DNA from: Clostridium sp. CAG:567
GTDB taxonomy: Bacteria > Bacillota > Clostridia > TANB77 > CAG-508
Direction of reading: 5' to 3'
Assembly: GCA_000437855.1 (NCBI GenBank)
Contig: FR902206.1
Coordinates: 138,608 to 202,607, forward strand
Length of the DNA stretch: 64,000 bases
In this document: one piece after another, positions 50,851 to 61,985 of the stretch
Layout of the letters: every line of letters starts with the position of its first letter
How positions within the stretch are numbered: position 1 is the first letter of the stretch
The notes under the pieces: generated by a model
Databases searched by the model: none
Told to the model about the DNA's origin: nothing
The model's input: the letters and a program-made list of their open reading frames with translations, nothing else
Position numbers and translations under genes: made by a program

Positions 50851-52215
50851 ATGAGAAAATATTTTGGAACAGATGGTATAAGAAGAATTGCTAATACAGA
50901 GCTTTCACCAGAATTAGTATACCGTGTAGCAAAAGCTGGAGCCTATGCATTAGCAAAACATTCAAATCATGCACCTACAATTTTAATAGGAAGAGATACT
51001 AGAATCTCAGGTACATTAATAGAAAGTGCTATGACAGCTGGATTTTTAAGCTATGGTGCAAATGTAAAAAGCTTAGGAGTTATACCAACTCCAGGTGTTG
51101 CATACCTTACTAAAAAATTAAAAGCTGATGCAAGTGTTGTTATATCAGCATCACACAATACTTATGAATTCAACGGAGTAAAATACTTTAGCAATAAAGG
51201 AATGAAAATTCCAGATGAGATTGAAGAAGAAATTGAAGAAATGATGGATTCTGAAAAATTAGATGACTTTACAGCTGTTAATGATAAAATAGGAACAGCT
51301 GAGGTAAGAACAGATCTTTTAGATGAATATGTATATTTCTTCAGAAAAAACTTTGAAGAAGAATTTGAAAATTATGATACAAATAATTTTGTAGTTGCAA
51401 TTGATACAGCTAATGGAGCCACTTCAGTTGTAGCAGAAAAAGTATTTACAGCATTAGGAATAAAACATTATATTATGAATAATACTCCAAATGGTGTAAA
51501 TATTAATGAAAATTGTGGATCTACACATTTAGATATGTTAAAAAAATATGTTGTAGAAAACAATTGCAACCTAGGAATTGCTTATGATGGAGATGGAGAC
51601 AGATGTTTAACCGTTGATGAAAAAGGTAATGAAATTGATGGAGATAAATTATTAGCCATTATTTCAAATTACATGAAAGAAAAAGGAACATTAAAAAATG
51701 ATACAGTTGTTGCAACAGTTATGAGTAATTTAGGGTTAAAAAAATACGCAGAGAATAATAAATTAAATTTTGTACAAACTAAAGTTGGAGATAGATATGT
51801 ACTAGAAGAAATGTTAAAAAATGGTTATAATATAGGAGGAGAACAATCTGGACATATTATATTCTTGGATTACAATCCAACAGGAGATGGAATTTTAACA
51901 TCTTTAATGTTAATTAGAGTCATGCTTGAAAAACAAAAGAGCGCTTCAGAATTATGCAACATTATAAAAATGTATCCTCAAGTTTTAGTAAATGCAAAAG
52001 TATCAAGTGAAAAGAAAAACTTATACAAAGAAGATAGTGAAATTCAAGGCGAAATAGAAAAACTTGAAAAAGAATTTTCCGGAAATGGAAGAGTTTTAAT
52101 TAGACCTTCTGGTACAGAACCACTAATACGTGTAATGATAGAAGGAGAAGATCAAAACTACATTAAGGAAAAAGCAGAAACACTAGCAAAATTAATAGAG
52201 AAAAAATTAAATTAA
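50851..52215 (+). CDS. glmM: Phosphoglucosamine mutase
   Basis: MRKYFGTDGIRRIAN, active-site SASHNT, GDGDR. Confidence 0.95.
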   Translation: MRKYFGTDGIRRIANTELSPELVYRVAKAGAYALAKHSNHAPTILIGRDTRISGTLIESAMTAGFLSYGANVKSLGVIPTPGVAYLTKKLKADASVVISASHNTYEFNGVKYFSNKGMKIPDEIEEEIEEMMDSEKLDDFTAVNDKIGTAEVRTDLLDEYVYFFRKNFEEEFENYDTNNFVVAIDTANGATSVVAEKVFTALGIKHYIMNNTPNGVNINENCGSTHLDMLKKYVVENNCNLGIAYDGDGDRCLTVDEKGNEIDGDKLLAIISNYMKEKGTLKNDTVVATVMSNLGLKKYAENNKLNFVQTKVGDRYVLEEMLKNGYNIGGEQSGHIIFLDYNPTGDGILTSLMLIRVMLEKQKSASELCNIIKMYPQVLVNAKVSSEKKNLYKEDSEIQGEIEKLEKEFSGNGRVLIRPSGTEPLIRVMIEGEDQNYIKEKAETLAKLIEKKLN

Positions 52216-52244
52216 AATATAAATATACAAAGGAGGAATTTTTA

Positions 52245-52583
52245 ATGCCAATTATTAATTTTACACAACCATTTTCAATTTTTGTAGGAGTAGTATTATT
52301 TGTTCTAATGCTTTTTCTTGCAAAAGAAAATAAGAAAGCTTGGATTATAGGTACAGTATTATTTGCATTTATTGGACTACTAGTAGGACATACAGTAGAA
52401 TTTATATTGATGCCAAATGAAAGCCAAGAAATCTATAATGCAATTACTACATCTGCTACAATAGACTTATTATTTATATTTATATCATTTATTTCATATT
52501 TATGGATAGATGATATAGAAGCAAAAGAAGGTAGAAGAAAAAGCATTGATAATAGCTTAGACTGGTTTTGGAATAAGGTATAG
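52245..52583 (+). CDS. Hypothetical small membrane protein (3 TM segments)
   Basis: 112 aa ORF with an RBS, followed by the hairpin terminator at 52613-52662. Confidence 0.5.
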   Translation: MPIINFTQPFSIFVGVVLFVLMLFLAKENKKAWIIGTVLFAFIGLLVGHTVEFILMPNESQEIYNAITTSATIDLLFIFISFISYLWIDDIEAKEGRRKSIDNSLDWFWNKV

Positions 52584-52687
52584 GGTATTATAAATAAATA
52601 ATCATGAGCAACATATAACTGTTGTAACTAAGTTTAAAATTTAGTCAACAGTTATATTTTCAAATTAATTTTTATACTAAGAAAGGG

Positions 52688-54262
52688 ATGAAAAAAATGC
52701 AAAAATTTTACATAACAACACCCATCTATTATCCAAGTGGAAAATTTCATATAGGAACAGCTTATACAACAGCATTAGCAAGTACTATAAAAAGATATAA
52801 AAAAGCAAGAGGCTTTGATGCATACATGCTTACAGGAATGGATGAACATGGACAAAAAGTTCAAAAAGTTGCAGAAGGTAGAGGGAAAACTCCTCAAGAG
52901 CATGTTGACGAAATGGCTGAAGAAGCAAAAAAAATATGGAGTTTAATGGAAATAGAGTATGATGATTTTATTCGTACAACAGATGAACGACATACAAAAG
53001 TAGTAGAAGAAATTTTTGACAGATTAATGGAACAAGGAGATATATATAAATCAGAATATGAAGGCTGGTATTGTATGCCTTGTGAAACGTATTTTACTGA
53101 AACTCAATTAGTGGATGGAAAATGCCCTGACTGTGGTAGAGAAGTTAAAAAAATGAAAGAAGAATCATATTTTTTCAACATGAAAAAATATGCGGATAGA
53201 CTTATAAAATTCTATAATGATAATCCAGAATTTATTTTACCTGAGTCTAGAAAAAATGAATTATTTAATAACTTTTTAAAACCTGGATTAGAAGATTTAT
53301 GTGTAAGCCGTACAAGTTTTGATTGGGGAGTAAAAGTAAGAAAAGATCCAAAACACGTTGTATATGTTTGGTTAGATGCTTTAACAAATTATATTACAGC
53401 ACTTGGATATTTATCAGACGATGATAGTTTAATGAAAAAATACTGGCCAGCAGATTTACACATTGTTGGTAAAGATATTATTCGTTTTCATGGACTATAT
53501 TGGCCAATATTTTTAATGGCATTAGATTTACCATTACCAAAACAAATTTATGCACATGGATTTATAATGATGAAAGATGGCAAGATGTCTAAATCTAAAG
53601 GAAATGTTATATGTCCTGAACCACTTATTGAAAGATATGGGCTAGATGCCTTCAAATACTTTATTTTAAGAGAAATGTCTTTTGGACAAGATGGAACATT
53701 TACTCCAGAGGGATTTGTTGAAAGATTTAATTTTGATTTATGCAATGATTTAGGAAATCTTTTAAATAGAACTATAGGAATGATAAATAAATATTTTGGA
53801 GGAGAAATAACTTCATATCCAACTAATATATCAGACTTAGACAAAGAATTAGAAGAGTTTTCTAAAAATTCAATAAAACAAGTAGAAGAGCAATTTGATA
53901 CATATCACACAAGCAATGCAATAATTGAAACATGGAATTTAGTTTCTAGAACAAATAAATATATTGATGAAACTGCACCATGGGTATTGTTCAAAGAAGG
54001 TAAAACAGAAGAATTAAAATCTGTAATGTATCATTTAGTAGAAAATTTACGTAGAATTGCTATTTTAATTAATCCATATATGAACCATACTTCTGAAAAA
54101 ATGTTAAACCAACTTAACATTCCAGAAGAATTAAGAATATGGGATAGCTTATACAATTATACTAAATTAGCTAATATTAAAGTTACTGAAAAACCAGAAG
54201 TGCTATTTGCAAGATTAGAAGCTGAAGCTGAAATTGAAGCTATTAAAGATATGATGAAATAA
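52688..54262 (+). CDS. metG: Methionine--tRNA ligase (short form)
   Basis: [24 protein letters not shown] motif, KMSKSKGN, Cys4 zinc knuckle. Confidence 0.9.
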   Translation: MKKMQKFYITTPIYYPSGKFHIGTAYTTALASTIKRYKKARGFDAYMLTGMDEHGQKVQKVAEGRGKTPQEHVDEMAEEAKKIWSLMEIEYDDFIRTTDERHTKVVEEIFDRLMEQGDIYKSEYEGWYCMPCETYFTETQLVDGKCPDCGREVKKMKEESYFFNMKKYADRLIKFYNDNPEFILPESRKNELFNNFLKPGLEDLCVSRTSFDWGVKVRKDPKHVVYVWLDALTNYITALGYLSDDDSLMKKYWPADLHIVGKDIIRFHGLYWPIFLMALDLPLPKQIYAHGFIMMKDGKMSKSKGNVICPEPLIERYGLDAFKYFILREMSFGQDGTFTPEGFVERFNFDLCNDLGNLLNRTIGMINKYFGGEITSYPTNISDLDKELEEFSKNSIKQVEEQFDTYHTSNAIIETWNLVSRTNKYIDETAPWVLFKEGKTEELKSVMYHLVENLRRIAILINPYMNHTSEKMLNQLNIPEELRIWDSLYNYTKLANIKVTEKPEVLFARLEAEAEIEAIKDMMK

Positions 54263-54318
54263 AAATTAAAATAGAATCATCATATTATATTGTCAAAGTG
54301 CATTGAAAAGGAGTAATA

Positions 54319-54810
54319 ATGAAAGAGATTGTTGTTATAAATGGAAGTGGAGGAGTTGGAAAAGACACTTTTGTACAGTTTTGCAATGAGTATACTCCAA
54401 TAATGAATATATCTTCTGTAGATAAAGTAAAAGAAGCAGCAAAAGTTCTTGCTGGTTGGAATGGAGAAAAGGACGAAAAATCTAGAAAGTTTTTATCGGA
54501 TTTAAAGGAACTTGGAATTGAATACAATGATGCTCCATTTAAATATATTTCTAATATGGCAGAAGAATTTAAAAATTCAGATAAACAAATAATGTTTGTA
54601 CATATTAGAGAATGTGAAGAAATTGAAAAATGTAAAAAGTGTTTAGGTGCAAAAACATTACTGATTACAAACAAAAATGTTGCAGCAATAAGCACAAACA
54701 TTTCAGATAGAGATGTAGACAAATACGAATATGACTATCATATAACAAATGATGGAACACTAAAAGAATTACAACAAAAAGCAAAAGAATTTGTTGAAAA
54801 ATTAAAATAG
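54319..54810 (+). CDS. Hypothetical P-loop NTPase (kinase-like)
   Basis: VINGSGGVGKDTF Walker A. 163 aa. Confidence 0.55.
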   Translation: MKEIVVINGSGGVGKDTFVQFCNEYTPIMNISSVDKVKEAAKVLAGWNGEKDEKSRKFLSDLKELGIEYNDAPFKYISNMAEEFKNSDKQIMFVHIRECEEIEKCKKCLGAKTLLITNKNVAAISTNISDRDVDKYEYDYHITNDGTLKELQQKAKEFVEKLK

Positions 54811-54868
54811 AACATAAAAACTCCTTTTTTCATAATATATGGAAAAAGGAGTTTTTGTGAGAAACAAA

Positions 54869-55297
54869 ATGGAAAACAAAACAAAAATAAATATTGCCGA
54901 AAAACAATTATATTACAAAGGAGAAGTAATTTTAAAATATACTATAAAATATCCAGAAATAACACAAAGTCAATATGATATTGGAAAACAGAGATTTAAT
55001 CATGAGAATAGACAAGAGGCTTTAAAATTAAAAGAATATGCTGAAGGAGAACTATATAATCAAGCAAAAGAAACTTATGAATATAATAAAAAAAATGGAT
55101 ATCCAATTATGATATATGAACTATATAGAGAAACAAATATCACATATAATGATGATAAATTAATAAGTATGTATTTTGATGATTATACATTCACAGGGGG
55201 AGCACATGGTACAACAGTAAGAAGTTTACAAACATGGGACTTAGAATATATAGCACCATATTCGAGTGATTGGTCAGAATTTGTAATAAAAATCTAA
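54869..55297 (+). CDS. DUF3298/RsiV-like domain protein, possibly truncated
   Basis: TFTGGAHG motif. ATG at 54869 chosen because upstream ATGs lie inside the preceding terminator hairpin. Confidence 0.45.
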   Translation: MENKTKINIAEKQLYYKGEVILKYTIKYPEITQSQYDIGKQRFNHENRQEALKLKEYAEGELYNQAKETYEYNKKNGYPIMIYELYRETNITYNDDKLISMYFDDYTFTGGAHGTTVRSLQTWDLEYIAPYSSDWSEFVIKI

Positions 55298-55645
55298 AAT
55301 TCTATTGAAAAACTCAAATAGTTATATTATTATAATTATAGAAAAATTCAAAAGAAAAATAAAGAAAGAGTGTAGACCATGATGAGGACCGAAACCGTTG
55401 CAAGAGTACACACGTAACTTTATAAAAAAATAAAGGCTTTAAATAGCTTTATTAAGCATATAGTAAACGCAAACTGTGAATAAAAACAGTTTGCGTTTTT
55501 GTGTGTTTTAATTGTAAAACAATTATATGCAATGCAGAGGAAAAATATAGAAAGGGGAAACATAAGAAAATGAAAAAAGTTGTTTTATAGCTTCAAAAAT
55601 GTATTATGAAACAGAAAAAATGATAAACTGATATATGCAAGTGGA

Positions 55646-56017
55646 TTGACAAATGACTATGCGTGGGATACAGCAATAATATTTATACAAACATATTCAA
55701 CAGAAGAAAAGGCAAGCACATATGCAAGTCAAAATAAAAGTACATCATTTGCAAATACAGGAATAAACAATGATAAATATTGTAATATATGGGATATGTC
55801 AGGAAATGTTGAAGAATGGACAACAGAAGACTGTGATAACCCAATACATCAAAATTCTACGTGGTTTAATGTTTCGTATCGTGGAGGAAAGTATGATAGC
55901 AGTAAAAATGATGTTTACGCGTATACTTCAAGAGGTTCATTCGGACCTGACAGTTTTGGCACTCTTAAAGTTAGCTGTGGTTTCAGAATATCACTTATTG
56001 TGGGGACTGCTAAATAA
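55646..56017 (+). pseudogene. C-terminal remnant of a formylglycine-generating-enzyme (FGE-sulfatase / SUMF1) family gene
   Basis: NIWDMSGNVEEWT and SYRGGKYDS motifs typical of the FGE C-terminus. No N-terminal half upstream. A terminator at 55465-55502 lies upstream. Confidence 0.6.
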
Positions 56018-56233
56018 ATAAAAAATATTTAAATTAAAATCAGATGTAGAACTAAAAAAAGCAGACATGTAAGTGTAAGTATAACATGTAGTAAGACTAC
56101 CTATTATATTTTATAAGAAAGATAGTAATAATTATTGACTAATTAAATAAGAATGTATATAATAGTTTCGAAAACTAGATTATATGGTTTGCATAATAGT
56201 AAGTCGAGGTTATAAAAGGAAGGATCTATTAAT

Positions 56234-57913
56234 ATGGGAAAAACAAAAGAATTGAAATATTATAATGTTCAAAAGGTTAACACAATTAAACAGTTACTTG
56301 AAATGGCTGTGGAACAAGCAGGAGATAAAATCGCTTTTAAATATAAAGAAGGAAAAGATAAAGTTAAAGATGTTACATATAAAGAATTTCAAGAAGATAC
56401 ATTTGAACTAGGAACAGCACTAAACTCTATAAATATGGCTGATAAGCATGTTGCAGTAATAGGAGATAACAGTTATAAATATGTTACTGTATACTTAACA
56501 GTATTAAAGAGCAAAGGTGTAATTGTTCCAATTGATAAAGAATTACCAGTATATGATATTATAAATGTATTAAATGACAGTGATAGTGAAGTACTATTTT
56601 ATGCAAAAAAATATGAAAAGGACATTGAAGAAATTGCTTCAAAAACACCAAATGTAAAATATTTTATAGGATTTGAAACAGAAAAGTCAGAAGGAAATAA
56701 ATTGTCATATAATGAATTTAAAGCAGAAGGCAAAAAGCTTTACGAAGGTGGAGATAAAACTTATACTGAAATGGTACCAGATCATAATAGTCTTAAAATG
56801 TTAGTTTATACATCAGGAACAACAGGAATGGCTAAAGGAGTAATGCTATCAGAACATAACTTAATAAGCATAGTGTATTATGGATTAAGAGTTTCAACAG
56901 TATATGATAGATGTTTATCTGTTTTACCATGGCACCATACTTATGAAGCTGTTGCTGGAATTCTAGTATCATTACATCATCATTCGACAATATGTATTAA
57001 TGATAGTTTAAAAGCAGTACTTAAAAACTTACAATTATACAAACCAGATTATATATATCTTGTGCCAGCATTTGTAGAATTGTTTTATAAAAAGATATGG
57101 TCAAATGCTAAAGAAAGTCATAAAGACAAAGCACTAAAAGCAATGATGGTTATAAGTAATGGACTTAGAAAAGTGGGAATAGATCTAAGAATAAAATTCT
57201 TTAAATCAATACATGATGCATTTGGTGGGAATTTAAGAAAAATAGTAACAGGTGGAGCAGCAGTAAGACCTGAATTAGGCGATTTCTTTGATACTATAGG
57301 AATAGACTTAATAAATGGATATGGAATAACAGAATGTTCTCCTTTAGTTAGCGTTAACATGGATTATTGCAATGACTGTTCAACAGTTGGATTCCCACTA
57401 GAATGTGTAGAAATTAAATTAGAAGATGTAACACCAGAAGGAGACGGGGAAATTTGCGTAAAGGGTGACATAGTTATGCTGGGTTATTATAAACAACCTG
57501 AAAAAACAGCAGAAGTTTTACAGGATGGTTGGTTTATAACAGGAGACTATGGAAAAATAAATGACAAAGGTCAATTAATGATAACTGGAAGAAAGAAAAA
57601 CCTAATTGTTCTAGATAATGGTAAAAATGTATTCCCAGAGGAAATTGAAAATTATATAATGAGAATTCCTTATGTTCAAGAGGTAGTTGTATCAGGAGTA
57701 AAAGACAAAAGCGGAAGCGAAATAGCTCTATGTGCTGAAGTGTTTTTAAATGAAGACAAATTAAAAGAGTTAAATATACAAGACAAAGAACAAGAATTAA
57801 AGAAAGATATATCAAAAGAATGTGAAGTGCTACCAGTATACAAAAGAATAGGAAAAATAGTTATTAGAGATAAGGAGTTTGAAAAAACTACAACTAATAA
57901 AATTAAGAGATAA
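56234..57913 (+). CDS. AMP-dependent synthetase/ligase (long-chain-fatty-acid--CoA ligase-like)
   Basis: YTSGTTGMAKGVMLSEHN AMP-binding motif, GYGITEC. Confidence 0.85.
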   Translation: MGKTKELKYYNVQKVNTIKQLLEMAVEQAGDKIAFKYKEGKDKVKDVTYKEFQEDTFELGTALNSINMADKHVAVIGDNSYKYVTVYLTVLKSKGVIVPIDKELPVYDIINVLNDSDSEVLFYAKKYEKDIEEIASKTPNVKYFIGFETEKSEGNKLSYNEFKAEGKKLYEGGDKTYTEMVPDHNSLKMLVYTSGTTGMAKGVMLSEHNLISIVYYGLRVSTVYDRCLSVLPWHHTYEAVAGILVSLHHHSTICINDSLKAVLKNLQLYKPDYIYLVPAFVELFYKKIWSNAKESHKDKALKAMMVISNGLRKVGIDLRIKFFKSIHDAFGGNLRKIVTGGAAVRPELGDFFDTIGIDLINGYGITECSPLVSVNMDYCNDCSTVGFPLECVEIKLEDVTPEGDGEICVKGDIVMLGYYKQPEKTAEVLQDGWFITGDYGKINDKGQLMITGRKKNLIVLDNGKNVFPEEIENYIMRIPYVQEVVVSGVKDKSGSEIALCAEVFLNEDKLKELNIQDKEQELKKDISKECEVLPVYKRIGKIVIRDKEFEKTTTNKIKR

Positions 57914-57942
57914 TTGTAGATATAATAAAGGGGATAAGAAAA

Positions 57943-58452
57943 ATGGAGCAAGAAATTTATAAAGAAAAGGAGATTGCTGACTTTCATATTCCAAGATGGG
58001 AAGAACTACCTAACTTGGATTTGTATGTAGATCAAGTCATTTGCTTTTTAGATGATGCCTTGTCTAATTTTGTTAGTAAAGAAAAAGAAGGTCATGTTAT
58101 AACAAAAAGCATGATAAATAATTATGTAAAACATAACGTTATAAAACCAGCAATTAACAAAAAGTATAATAAAGAACATATTGCAAATTTATTTGTTATA
58201 TGCATTCTTAAACCTTTATATAGTATAAATGATATTGCCACAATGATAAAATCTGCAACTAAATCTATTCCGATTCAAACAGTATACAATAATTTCTGTG
58301 AAAGTTTAGAAAATGCAATTAGCGCAATATTTGCAGGAAAAGAATACACACCTGAAGAACCTATAACATTTGATAAATACGTTTTAAAAAGAGTAGTATA
58401 TTCATTTGCAAATAAACTATATACTGATAAAATATATTTGAATAAATTTTAA
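57943..58452 (+). CDS. DUF1836 family protein
   Basis: 169 aa. IPRWEELPNLDLYVDQVI ... TKSMINNYVKH. Family assignment from memory. Confidence 0.55.
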   Translation: MEQEIYKEKEIADFHIPRWEELPNLDLYVDQVICFLDDALSNFVSKEKEGHVITKSMINNYVKHNVIKPAINKKYNKEHIANLFVICILKPLYSINDIATMIKSATKSIPIQTVYNNFCESLENAISAIFAGKEYTPEEPITFDKYVLKRVVYSFANKLYTDKIYLNKF

Positions 58453-58583
58453 TTAATAAAAAACAAGAATAATGTAAATTTATTCTTGTTTTTTGCTTAA
58501 AAATATATGTGTATATTTATTTAAAAAATATTGCCAATTAAAATAATTAAATATATAATTAACTAAATAAAGGAGGGGGTAGC

Positions 58584-60200
58584 TTGAAAAAAACAAAAGC
58601 AACAGTTTGGATTGCAATAATAATATTTGCACTTATTATGCTTTCTTTGGTAGCTGAAGCACTAGGAGATAATATCTTAGTAAATGAGGCAAAAAATAAC
58701 ATTATGGATATATTTACAAAAAAAACACTTAATATAATTGCAAGCCAAGAAAATGAAGATTTAGAAGAAGTAATACAAAATTATGCCAAAACAAAGAATT
58801 ACGATATAAATATAGAATATGCTGGCACACTAGATGTAATGGAAAAATTAAATAGTGGTGAAAATTATGATGCAGTGTGGGTATCAAATTCTATATGGCT
58901 TTATATGCTAGACGACAATGTAAAAGTTTCGAATTCAAAATACACAAGCATAAACCCAATAGTATTTGGTATAAAAAAATCCAAAGCTAAAGAATTGGGA
59001 TTTACAGATAAAACAATAAAAACAAAAGACATAGTAAATGCAATTTCTAGTGGAAAATTAAAATTTAGTATGTCAAACCCAACAAGTACTAATAGTGGTG
59101 CATCAGCATACTTGGGATTTTTATATACATTGGCAGGAAATCCAGAAGTACTAAAAAAAGAAAATTTACAAAATAAAAAATTAGTTAAAAACTTAACTAC
59201 ATTATTTACGGGACTAGAGAGATCATCTGGAAGTGAAGACTTTTTGGAAGAGATATTTCTTAATGGTAATTATGAAGCAGTGGTTACTTATGAGTCTTCA
59301 ATTATAAATATAAATAAAAAATTACAACAACAAGGAAAAGAAACATTATATGCAATATATCCTGTGGACGGAGTTTCAATATCAGATTCACCATTTGCAT
59401 ATATTGACAATAAAGATGAAAAATCTAAAGAGATTTTCTTAGATTTACAATCTTATATATTAAGTAATGAGGGTCAAAAATTACTACAAGCAAAAGGAAG
59501 AAGAACATGGTATGGAGGCGTGAACTCTAATGTAGATAAAAGTATATTTAACCCAGAGTGGGGAATTGATACTACTAAATACATTTCACCTGTCAAATAT
59601 CCAAGTACAGAAGTAATAAAATTAGCTCTTAACTTATATCAATCTGAGTTAAGAAAACCAGTACATGTTGCATTCTGCTTAGATTATTCTGGAAGTATGA
59701 CTGGTACAGGATATGCAGAATTAATGAATGCAATGAACTATATTTTGTCTGATGAAGCTGCAAATGACTTTTTGCAATTTTCAGCAAAAGACAAAATAGA
59801 TATAATACCTTTTAACAGAACTGTATTGCAGTCATATAGCACTGATAATGGAACAAAAACAGAACAGCTATTAACAAATATAAGAAAAATTAAACCTAAT
59901 GATACAACAGCTCTTTACCCAGCAGTAATAGAAGCTTTAATGAAATTAAGCCAAGAAGACATGGAAAAATATAATGTTTCAATAATTGCAATGACTGATG
60001 GAAAAGCAAATGTGGGAACATTTTCAAAATTAAAAACAATATATAATAGAAATGGAAAATCAATACCAATATATTCTATAATGTTTGGAAGTGCTGCAAA
60101 ACAACAATTGCAAGATATGGCAACATTAAGTAATGGAAAGGTTTTTGATGGAAAACAAGATTTGAAAAAGGCTTTTAAAGAAGTAAGAGGATATAATTAA
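58584..60200 (+). CDS. Membrane-anchored protein with an N-terminal solute-binding-like domain and a C-terminal von Willebrand factor A (VWA) domain
   Basis: VHVAFCLDYSGSMTG MIDAS (DxSxS) motif. N-terminal part is paralogous to the 60841 gene (NPTSTNSGASAYLGFLYTL vs TSSPGATYYGLLLSI). Confidence 0.75.
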   Translation: MKKTKATVWIAIIIFALIMLSLVAEALGDNILVNEAKNNIMDIFTKKTLNIIASQENEDLEEVIQNYAKTKNYDINIEYAGTLDVMEKLNSGENYDAVWVSNSIWLYMLDDNVKVSNSKYTSINPIVFGIKKSKAKELGFTDKTIKTKDIVNAISSGKLKFSMSNPTSTNSGASAYLGFLYTLAGNPEVLKKENLQNKKLVKNLTTLFTGLERSSGSEDFLEEIFLNGNYEAVVTYESSIININKKLQQQGKETLYAIYPVDGVSISDSPFAYIDNKDEKSKEIFLDLQSYILSNEGQKLLQAKGRRTWYGGVNSNVDKSIFNPEWGIDTTKYISPVKYPSTEVIKLALNLYQSELRKPVHVAFCLDYSGSMTGTGYAELMNAMNYILSDEAANDFLQFSAKDKIDIIPFNRTVLQSYSTDNGTKTEQLLTNIRKIKPNDTTALYPAVIEALMKLSQEDMEKYNVSIIAMTDGKANVGTFSKLKTIYNRNGKSIPIYSIMFGSAAKQQLQDMATLSNGKVFDGKQDLKKAFKEVRGYN

Positions 60201-60216
60201 AAAAGAGGTATAAAAC

Positions 60217-60823
60217 GTGAAAAATTCAACAATTGTATCTGCAATAGTGCGGTGGAGCATTTTTTGCAATTCCATATTTAGGATTATCAATAGGAATAAT
60301 TCCTTCACTTGCAATAGGAGCAAGTGCATTTGGAGCAGGAGAACTTATATTAAGTAAAACTGAAAAAACAAAACAAGAAAAATTAAATGTATATGAGGCT
60401 CTAAATGAAGCTAAAAATACAAATACAAAAATTCAAAAAATGGTTTCTCAAGTTGAGGATCCGGAATTATCTAATAATATATCAGAAATTCACACAACAG
60501 TATCTAAAATAATTGAAACTGTTGAGAAGAAACCAGATAAATACAAAAAAATGAATAATTTTTTTGGTTATTATTTACCTGTAACAATAAACATATTAAC
60601 TAAATATGACGAAATTGAAAATCAAAAATTGAATACTGAAGACAGCAAAAAATTTATGGAATCAACACAGAAAATGGTAAAGAAAATAAATGAAGCTTTT
60701 AAAAAACAACTATCAAATTTATACCAATCTGATATGATTGATACTGATGCAGAAATGAAGGTATTTGATACAATGTTAAAATCAGATGGTTATGATGTAG
60801 ACGATAATGATTTTAAAATTTAA
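60217..60823 (+). pseudogene. xpaC: XpaC-family protein (5-bromo-4-chloroindolyl phosphate hydrolysis protein), interrupted by an extra C at 60250 (CGG at 60250-60252)
   Basis: GTG start with an AAAAGAGG RBS gives VKNSTIVSAIV-RWSIFC.... The +1 frame gives GGAFFAIPYLGLSIGIIPSLAIGASAFGAGELIL (two TM helices), continuous with the C-terminal FFGYYLPVTINILTKYDEIE domain. About 201 aa when joined. Confidence 0.7.
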
Positions 60824-60840
60824 TAAAGGAGGAGAAAATA

Positions 60841-61965
60841 GTGAGTAAAAAACAAATTATAGGGCTCATAATATTTTTAGTTCTGATATTAATTATAATT
60901 GGAATTAAATTTATAGGAGATAAAAAGGACTCATTATCAGGAAAAAACCTAACAACAGTATATGTAGCAACAGGAGGTGGAAAAGAAGGATTTATTGCAA
61001 ATGAAAATGTAATAAATATTATGGAAAATAAATATGGACTAAATGTTGTTTATGATTCGTGGAGCAATGGAAAATTAATTAAGAGTTCATTAGTAAGAGA
61101 AGATGGAATAACTAAATATGATGCAATGTTTTGCTCTGATCAAAGATTTTATGATTACTATAAGTTATCTCCAAATAAATCAGAAGGAGAAGCAGACAGA
61201 TATAGAGTTTTAAATGGAGGACTAACTTTAAATACTCCAATAGTAATATATAGTTGGGGAGAAGTTGTTGATGCTTTAGAAAAGGAAAAAATAGTAACTC
61301 AAAAAGATGGAGTATACTATATAACAGATATGCCAAAACTTCTAAACTATATATTAACAGGAAAAAAATGGTCTGATATCGGATTAAGTCAATTATATGG
61401 TAATATAAATGTTGCTTCTACAGACCCAGTTACATCATCACCAGGTGCAACATATTATGGATTATTATTATCAATAATGTGTGAAAGCTCAATAAATGAC
61501 AAGAATTTACAAACCAATTTACCAAAATTAAAAGAATTTTATGAGAAATCTGGATACATGAATAATACACCTGCAGACTTGTTTGAAAAATATTTAAAAA
61601 CAGGTATGGGTGGGGAACCTATGATTGTTGACTATGAAAAGAGTATAATTGAATTTGCAAATTCAAATCCTGAAGGCTTTGAACAAGTTAAAAAAGATAT
61701 ACGTATATTATACCCAACTCCAACAATATGGAATTCACATTGTATAGCAACTTTTGATGAAAGTGGAAATAAATTCTACCAAGCATTTGAAGATAAAGAA
61801 ATTCAACAAATTGCATGGTCTGAATATGGATTTAGAACTGGCATTACAGGTGGAAACTATGATGTTTCAGGGTTAGAAATAGGAATTCCACAAAACATAA
61901 CAAGTACTGTAACAAGCTTAAAGATGGATGTTTATAATCAGTTGATTGAATATTTAAAAAAATAA
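60841..61965 (+). CDS. Membrane-anchored solute-binding-like protein, paralogous to the N-terminal domain of the 58584 VWA protein
   Basis: 374 aa with an N-terminal TM helix. Shared TSSPGATYYG motif. Confidence 0.6.
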   Translation: MSKKQIIGLIIFLVLILIIIGIKFIGDKKDSLSGKNLTTVYVATGGGKEGFIANENVINIMENKYGLNVVYDSWSNGKLIKSSLVREDGITKYDAMFCSDQRFYDYYKLSPNKSEGEADRYRVLNGGLTLNTPIVIYSWGEVVDALEKEKIVTQKDGVYYITDMPKLLNYILTGKKWSDIGLSQLYGNINVASTDPVTSSPGATYYGLLLSIMCESSINDKNLQTNLPKLKEFYEKSGYMNNTPADLFEKYLKTGMGGEPMIVDYEKSIIEFANSNPEGFEQVKKDIRILYPTPTIWNSHCIATFDESGNKFYQAFEDKEIQQIAWSEYGFRTGITGGNYDVSGLEIGIPQNITSTVTSLKMDVYNQLIEYLKK

Positions 61966-61985
61966 TATAAAAGGAGAAAAAACAA

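Noticed and set aside
55770-56021. 83-aa ORF overlapping the FGE remnant in another frame
   Set aside because: Out-of-frame overlap of the FGE C-terminal coding remnant. No independent support.
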